Shown in pieces: positions 27,485 to 32,000 of a stretch of 32,000 nt of DNA; the stretch's first letter is position 1; each line of letters opens with the position of its first letter. The DNA comes from an uncultured archaeon (GTDB taxonomy: Archaea; Asgardarchaeota; Thorarchaeia; Thorarchaeales; Thorarchaeaceae). The stretch spans positions 30,001-62,000 of the forward strand of contig CAYHAA010000005.1 of NCBI GenBank assembly GCA_964354495.1. Direction: 5' to 3'. The notes beneath the pieces were generated by a model. It was given only the letters and a program-made list of their open reading frames with translations, had not been told where the DNA came from and searched no databases. The translations under genes and the position numbers were made by a program.

Positions 27485-28324
27485 ATGACAAGAATGCCTG
27501 TTGTTGCGGGAAAATTCTACGAAGGAAAAGAGGATCTGCTTATCAAACGGATAGAGAGCTGCTTTAAAGGAAATCTCGGTCCGGGAAGACTGCCAGAGGG
27601 AGAACCAGGTAAGACTAGAAACATCAAGGCTGCTGTTGCTCCACATGCAGGCTACATGTACTCAGGAATGCCAGCAGCTCACACCTATCTCAATCTTTTC
27701 CAGGATGGGAAACCGGACCATATTGTGATCTTTGGACCCAATCACACCGGGATGGGAGCAAGACTCGCAGTCTGTAACGAAGACTGGGTAACTCCTCTTG
27801 GCAAGGCGAAGTATGATAGTGGTCTCGGAGCAGCCGTTGTAGAGCAGGACGAGTATGCGTCCATTGACTGCATTGCCCACAGCAGTGAGCATTCCATTGA
27901 GGTACAGATTCCATTCCTGCAGTATGTGTTTGGTCCTGAAGTCAGATTCATTCCAATCTGCATCACCGACCAATCTTACAGTGTCTGCGAATCAATTGGA
28001 AAGACCATAGCTAGTTTGGCTGAACAAGACGATATTCTTGTCATTGCTAGTTCAGACTTCACGCATTTCGAGTCTGCAGAGAGTGCGAAGAAGAAGGACA
28101 ATCAAGCAATGGAGTACTTGGAATACCTTGATCCAAAAGGATTCCTGAACTTCGTCCAGAGTCATAGACTCAGCATCTGCGGAGCTGGCCCAATTACAGC
28201 CGCCATGGTCTATGCGAATGAATGTGGTGCCACGCGATTCAATCTACTGAAGTACACGAACTCTGGTGACGTCACGGGTGACAGCACGAGTGTTGTTGCC
28301 TATGTAGCAGCCACAGTTGTCTGA
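27485..28324 (+). CDS. amrB: MEMO1-family protein (AmmeMemoRadiSam protein B)
   Basis: VAGKFY, PHAGYMYSG, GPNH, EHSIEVQIPFLQ, SSDFTH, CGAGP, TNSGDV. Confidence 0.95.
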   Translation: MTRMPVVAGKFYEGKEDLLIKRIESCFKGNLGPGRLPEGEPGKTRNIKAAVAPHAGYMYSGMPAAHTYLNLFQDGKPDHIVIFGPNHTGMGARLAVCNEDWVTPLGKAKYDSGLGAAVVEQDEYASIDCIAHSSEHSIEVQIPFLQYVFGPEVRFIPICITDQSYSVCESIGKTIASLAEQDDILVIASSDFTHFESAESAKKKDNQAMEYLEYLDPKGFLNFVQSHRLSICGAGPITAAMVYANECGATRFNLLKYTNSGDVTGDSTSVVAYVAATVV

Positions 28325-28354
28325 TTATCGTAACCGCAGAAGACACCGACGTTG

Positions 28355-29656
28355 CTAATCGTCCATGCGCTCTTCTGTGAATGCATCCGGAAGGTTGGAA
28401 GTCTGATGTTCATCGGTGGCAGCATTGCTACCGGGAAGTGCAACTGCAGCCACTAATCCACCTGCGAGGGAAACGCCTCCGGCAATAAGGAGAGCAGAAA
28501 TCGCGTTACCATCAAGATCAAAGAGATAACCACTCATTGTGGGACTAACGACATAGGCGCTATTGCTTATTGCTCCGAACAGACCCATGACGCTCCCATA
28601 GGCTTTTGGATCAGTCAAATCAGCAATCATTGCTTGAATAGCAGGACCACGCATTGACATGCCTGTTGACAAGACGGCAGCTCCGAAGTAGAAGGTAATG
28701 GTATTGGTAGCATTGGCGAACAGCAACATAGAGAGTGTGCCAACAAATGCCCCAGTCACTATGAGCCACTTACGGCCCTTTATGTCCGAGAGCTTTCCAA
28801 ATCCAATGTTCCCAATGATCATGAATACACCAATCACACTGAAGAAGCCTCCAATCTCCAACGGGCCGATGCCAAACCGCGTAACAGCATCAAGCATGAA
28901 GGCTACCTCTAATACTCCAATTGCAAACATATTCGCGAACATGGCAACACCAAGCGCACCATAGGTGGTGTATGCACGAAACAACACCTGCTTCAATGGA
29001 ATACGGGTTCCCTTCACGATTTCGCTAATGGATTTCCGTTTCGGCTCGTGAATCAAGACGCTAAGTACCAGCATTGTGAAGAGTGATAGTAAAGCAGCGA
29101 CGATGAATGGCAGACGGATTCCAAGGAACTCAGCGAGCACTCCGCCAACGACTGGTCCCACCACAAAACCAACCATACTCCCTGTACTGAGATAGCCCAT
29201 GGCAGTTCCGCGATTCTTGGGCGTTGTCATATCTGAAACAAAAGCATTCGCAGCTGGAAAGAAGCCAGCAGAAACAGCACCCTCTAGTGAGCGTGCAGCA
29301 ACCATAACCACCGCATCTTGTGCGAATGCGTAGATCACGTTTGCGATGGCAAATCCCAAGAGCGAGTACACAAGCATTCTCTTGCGACCCACTCTATCTG
29401 AGAGTCCTCCAAGGGGACCAGAAAGAAGTATCCGGGTCACTGCAAAAGATGCGGCCAAGACGCCAAGCTCTGTCCCACCCATCCCCAACTCCGTGATGTA
29501 GACAGGAAACACAGGAGCCACAAAACCGAAACCTATCTCGAGGATACTAAGAGAAACTGCTAGCATCACAACTTGGTACATTCCGCCATGGCCAAATTCA
29601 GTGGCAGGCGTTGCGATATCATCCAACAGTGAAGGGGCATCCGAGTCAGAATCCAT
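28355..29656 (-). CDS. MFS transporter (DHA1/TetA-like)
   Basis: Motif A GGLSDRVGRK and GKLSDIKGRK, RGTAMG, 12 TM helices. Confidence 0.93.
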   Translation of the reverse strand: MDSDSDAPSLLDDIATPATEFGHGGMYQVVMLAVSLSILEIGFGFVAPVFPVYITELGMGGTELGVLAASFAVTRILLSGPLGGLSDRVGRKRMLVYSLLGFAIANVIYAFAQDAVVMVAARSLEGAVSAGFFPAANAFVSDMTTPKNRGTAMGYLSTGSMVGFVVGPVVGGVLAEFLGIRLPFIVAALLSLFTMLVLSVLIHEPKRKSISEIVKGTRIPLKQVLFRAYTTYGALGVAMFANMFAIGVLEVAFMLDAVTRFGIGPLEIGGFFSVIGVFMIIGNIGFGKLSDIKGRKWLIVTGAFVGTLSMLLFANATNTITFYFGAAVLSTGMSMRGPAIQAMIADLTDPKAYGSVMGLFGAISNSAYVVSPTMSGYLFDLDGNAISALLIAGGVSLAGGLVAAVALPGSNAATDEHQTSNLPDAFTEERMDD

Positions 29657-29719
29657 CCAGAAAACACTCCTTTCCTCGTTTCAGATATGTTTCTTTGAGC
29701 TTGGCAACTAGTTGGAGGA

Positions 29720-30229
29720 CTATTTGTCAATGATGACTTTGCGTACGCCCTTAATGGCAGCCAGATTCTCTATGACTCTGCCAGGCATAGGTTTCTGAGT
29801 TATGACTTTCAGACAGGGTTCAGGATAGATTTCGACATCTTCAGCAATGACTTGACGAATGGGAATTCCATACCCCGCAATCATTGAAGCGACCTCTGAC
29901 AGAATTCCTGGATTCTCAGGTGATTCGACCAGAATCGTAGTGACCCCATATCCTAGGACTCTGCGGACACCTTCCAAGGATGGGCCGGCTGGCCTGAGCT
30001 CCTTGAAGAACTTGCAGAGATCATTGTCAGAACAGATGTCTTCGGTTGTCGCTCGTACGGTGCGTCTATCTATTCCGAGAGCATTTCCAAGACACTGGAG
30101 GGGGATACGAACGTCGCGACACCTTATATCGCCAGGTCCATCAACGCTGAATCCGTGTCGAACAATAGCCTGCGCAACCTGGAGTCTCTGGGGTGAGTCT
30201 CGGAAGAAGTCCACAATCTTTCGCCACAT
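29720..30229 (-). CDS. Archaeal ACT-domain amino-acid metabolism regulator (COG2150-like)
   Basis: LGNALGIDRRTVRAT HTH plus ENPGILSEVASMIAGYGIPIRQ ACT domain. Confidence 0.88.
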   Translation of the reverse strand: MWRKIVDFFRDSPQRLQVAQAIVRHGFSVDGPGDIRCRDVRIPLQCLGNALGIDRRTVRATTEDICSDNDLCKFFKELRPAGPSLEGVRRVLGYGVTTILVESPENPGILSEVASMIAGYGIPIRQVIAEDVEIYPEPCLKVITQKPMPGRVIENLAAIKGVRKVIIDK

Positions 30230-30244
30230 AATGGTGCACTCCGC

Positions 30245-30781
30245 CTATTGTGTCAATAGTTCCTTCTCCATAAGCACTTCGTCTATAAAGCCCTTAGGCA
30301 TGTTGAAATGGTTCTTTCTGACGCCCACGATACGATAACCCAAGCGTTTGTAGAGGTCAATGGCGACCGTATTGCTCTCAAATGTGCTGAGGACAATCTT
30401 CAGGTAGTCCTTTTCAAACGCGATATCTTCGGATACCGTCATCAGAGAGCGTCCAACACCGACAGACCTGCAAGACTTCCTCACAATAATCCCGAGCTTT
30501 GCTACATGCTGTGACGCATTCCATTCTTCAGGTTGCAGAGTGAGGTGGCCCGCATATTCCTCCCCAAGGAAAGCCACAAGCAATACTTCCCGCGTGTGAT
30601 TGGTCTTGTCAATCCAGTGCACCCAGTCAGTGATGTTTGCGTTGATAGAGAATGTTGGCAGCCATCTGCCTTCATCAACGACCTCCTTGAATCCATCATG
30701 CAGGAAGGATGCATCACCACGTTGCGCGGTTCGAACGCTAATTAGGCGACCATCCTTTGCTGTAAACTCCCATGTCTTCAA
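30245..30781 (-). CDS. GNAT N-acetyltransferase
   Basis: CRSVGVGRSLM acetyl-CoA motif, FESNTVAIDLYKRLGY, DEVLMEK. Confidence 0.9.
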   Translation of the reverse strand: MKTWEFTAKDGRLISVRTAQRGDASFLHDGFKEVVDEGRWLPTFSINANITDWVHWIDKTNHTREVLLVAFLGEEYAGHLTLQPEEWNASQHVAKLGIIVRKSCRSVGVGRSLMTVSEDIAFEKDYLKIVLSTFESNTVAIDLYKRLGYRIVGVRKNHFNMPKGFIDEVLMEKELLTQ

Positions 30782-30854
30782 GTACAGTACACCGGGCAGC
30801 TCTACAGGATGTGCCTACAAAAAGGGTTGTGGTGTGGCAAAATCCCGGGTCAAC

Positions 30855-31682
30855 TCACCCTTCAGGAACGAGCATAGGGAGGTCCACTCGCACGCCAGGT
30901 CGCGGGAGAGAGCAGGCATAGACACGGTCCAATCGAACGTATCCTGTCGAAGCATCAATCTCATGGAAGGTGCCTTTCAGTTGGAACGCAGCTGGTTCAA
31001 GAGTGACAAGTGAGATTGCAAGCCTTTGTCCGTCATGAAGTGAGAAACCTCTTCGTTTCTCTTCTCCACGTTTTACAACGATTGTGTTGGTTGACACTGG
31101 AAGCATTCCAAACTCTGGAAAGGCCACGGGATAACCATCATCACCAACAAAAGCGAGTACCTTGACTGCAGCCATCTGAGAGAAGGCCTTGAACACATTT
31201 CGAGGCATATTTCCCTCTTCTGATTTCTCGGCAGGCACCTTGCTCTTCGCCATCTTCGCCTTCATGTAGCATAAGAGGACTGAGAGCTTGGAGATGCCGA
31301 ACTTCTCACTCGATGAAATTGCCTCAGCTACACCTGCAGCTCGGGCATTCGTGTATTGATTATATCGGAACAGTGGAGTCTGTGCAATGAACTCGTAAAT
31401 CTCGTCATTCCGATGAAATGACTCGAACTCTGTTCTTATGAGCCAACTGTCCAATCGCCTCGTAAACACGAGAATTGACATCTGACGATTTCCTTTGCTG
31501 AGATTCTCGCGACTCTTCACTGTCATGAAATCGCCATAGACAAGCGTGTTTCCTTCGTAGATGGTCCAAGTCATCACCAAAGCCACATTGGGTTCATTGT
31601 CTGAGTCCTTTGTCACCATGAACTTTGGTGTCAGGAAAACCTGTATTGCATCAATGAGTTCTTTGTCAAGTACATCAGTCAC
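30855..31682 (-). CDS. Tandem pyridoxamine-5'-phosphate-oxidase-like (split-barrel) protein
   Basis: Two copies: KFMVTKDSDNEPNVAL...KSRENL and KVLAFVGDDGYPVAFP. Likely GTG start overlapping the activase stop (the ORF track starts at 31718). Confidence 0.75.
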   Translation of the reverse strand: MTDVLDKELIDAIQVFLTPKFMVTKDSDNEPNVALVMTWTIYEGNTLVYGDFMTVKSRENLSKGNRQMSILVFTRRLDSWLIRTEFESFHRNDEIYEFIAQTPLFRYNQYTNARAAGVAEAISSSEKFGISKLSVLLCYMKAKMAKSKVPAEKSEEGNMPRNVFKAFSQMAAVKVLAFVGDDGYPVAFPEFGMLPVSTNTIVVKRGEEKRRGFSLHDGQRLAISLVTLEPAAFQLKGTFHEIDASTGYVRLDRVYACSLPRPGVRVDLPMLVPEG

Positions 31683-32000
31683 CACAAGATCGTACCTCCT
31701 GTTCACTAGCTTTCGCATCTCTCGTCGATTGTTTGGTCATCCCCGACCATGCAACATTGGACACACCCTCATCACGGGCGATACTGGCGAGTCGTTCCAT
31801 GAATTCTTGAGTCATTAACTCTGCATCCTTAAGGGGATAGACCATATCGAAAAGTGTGTACTTCTCTGTACACATTTTGTTGAAGGCAAGAAGGTCATAT
31901 CGTTCTACATTAGGCATGTTCTCAACAATGAAGCGAGCAATGGAGCGGATATTCTCTTCATCATCGGTGTGTTCAGGAATCACAGGCGTTCGAATCCACA
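31675..32000 (-). CDS. Glycyl-radical-enzyme activating enzyme (radical SAM), C-terminal part
   Basis: WIRTPVIPEHTDDEENIRSIARFI...YDLLAFNKMCTEKY; the frame stays open to the window end. Confidence 0.85.
   Translation of the reverse strand, partial: WIRTPVIPEHTDDEENIRSIARFIVENMPNVERYDLLAFNKMCTEKYTLFDMVYPLKDAELMTQEFMERLASIARDEGVSNVAWSGMTKQSTRDAKASEQEVRSCGD

Noticed and set aside
27485-28324. AmmeMemoRadiSam system
   Set aside because: Only the MEMO1 component is present, which is usual for the archaeal housekeeping copy.
1-32000. CRISPR arrays, IS elements, integrases, rRNA
   Set aside because: I saw no regularly spaced direct repeats, terminal inverted repeats, transposase or recombinase motifs, or rRNA-like tracts; coding density is high throughout.

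Overview
Gene-dense archaeal chromosomal segment, most consistent with an Asgard archaeon (Thorarchaeia-like). The taxonomy is inferred from archaeal-type TrpRS, SAM synthetase, Rpo6, thermosome, Ard1 and AK6/Fap7, TATA-box promoters and C-terminally anchored TSP3-repeat proteins. The window holds about 32 CDS: housekeeping genes (trpS, mat, hisS, rpoK, thermosome, AK6, ard1, DUF89, MEMO1) mixed with membrane and Zn-ribbon genes, an orphan N6-adenine methyltransferase, a surface M28-like protein and the 3' end of a glycyl-radical activase. I found no tRNA, rRNA, CRISPR array or transposase. The strongest leads are: (1) a 218-aa ORF that resembles eukaryotic CINP/C1orf109, the adaptors of the SPATA5/AFG2 AAA+ complex, and is a candidate new eukaryotic signature protein; (2) Rpo6 fused to an N-terminal helix-hairpin-helix domain; (3) a dispersed SPFH/Zn-ribbon/Yip1 membrane module; (4) a tandem-duplicated TYW3-like protein; (5) an M28 protein with altered metal ligands. 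All family assignments come from recalled motifs, not database searches.
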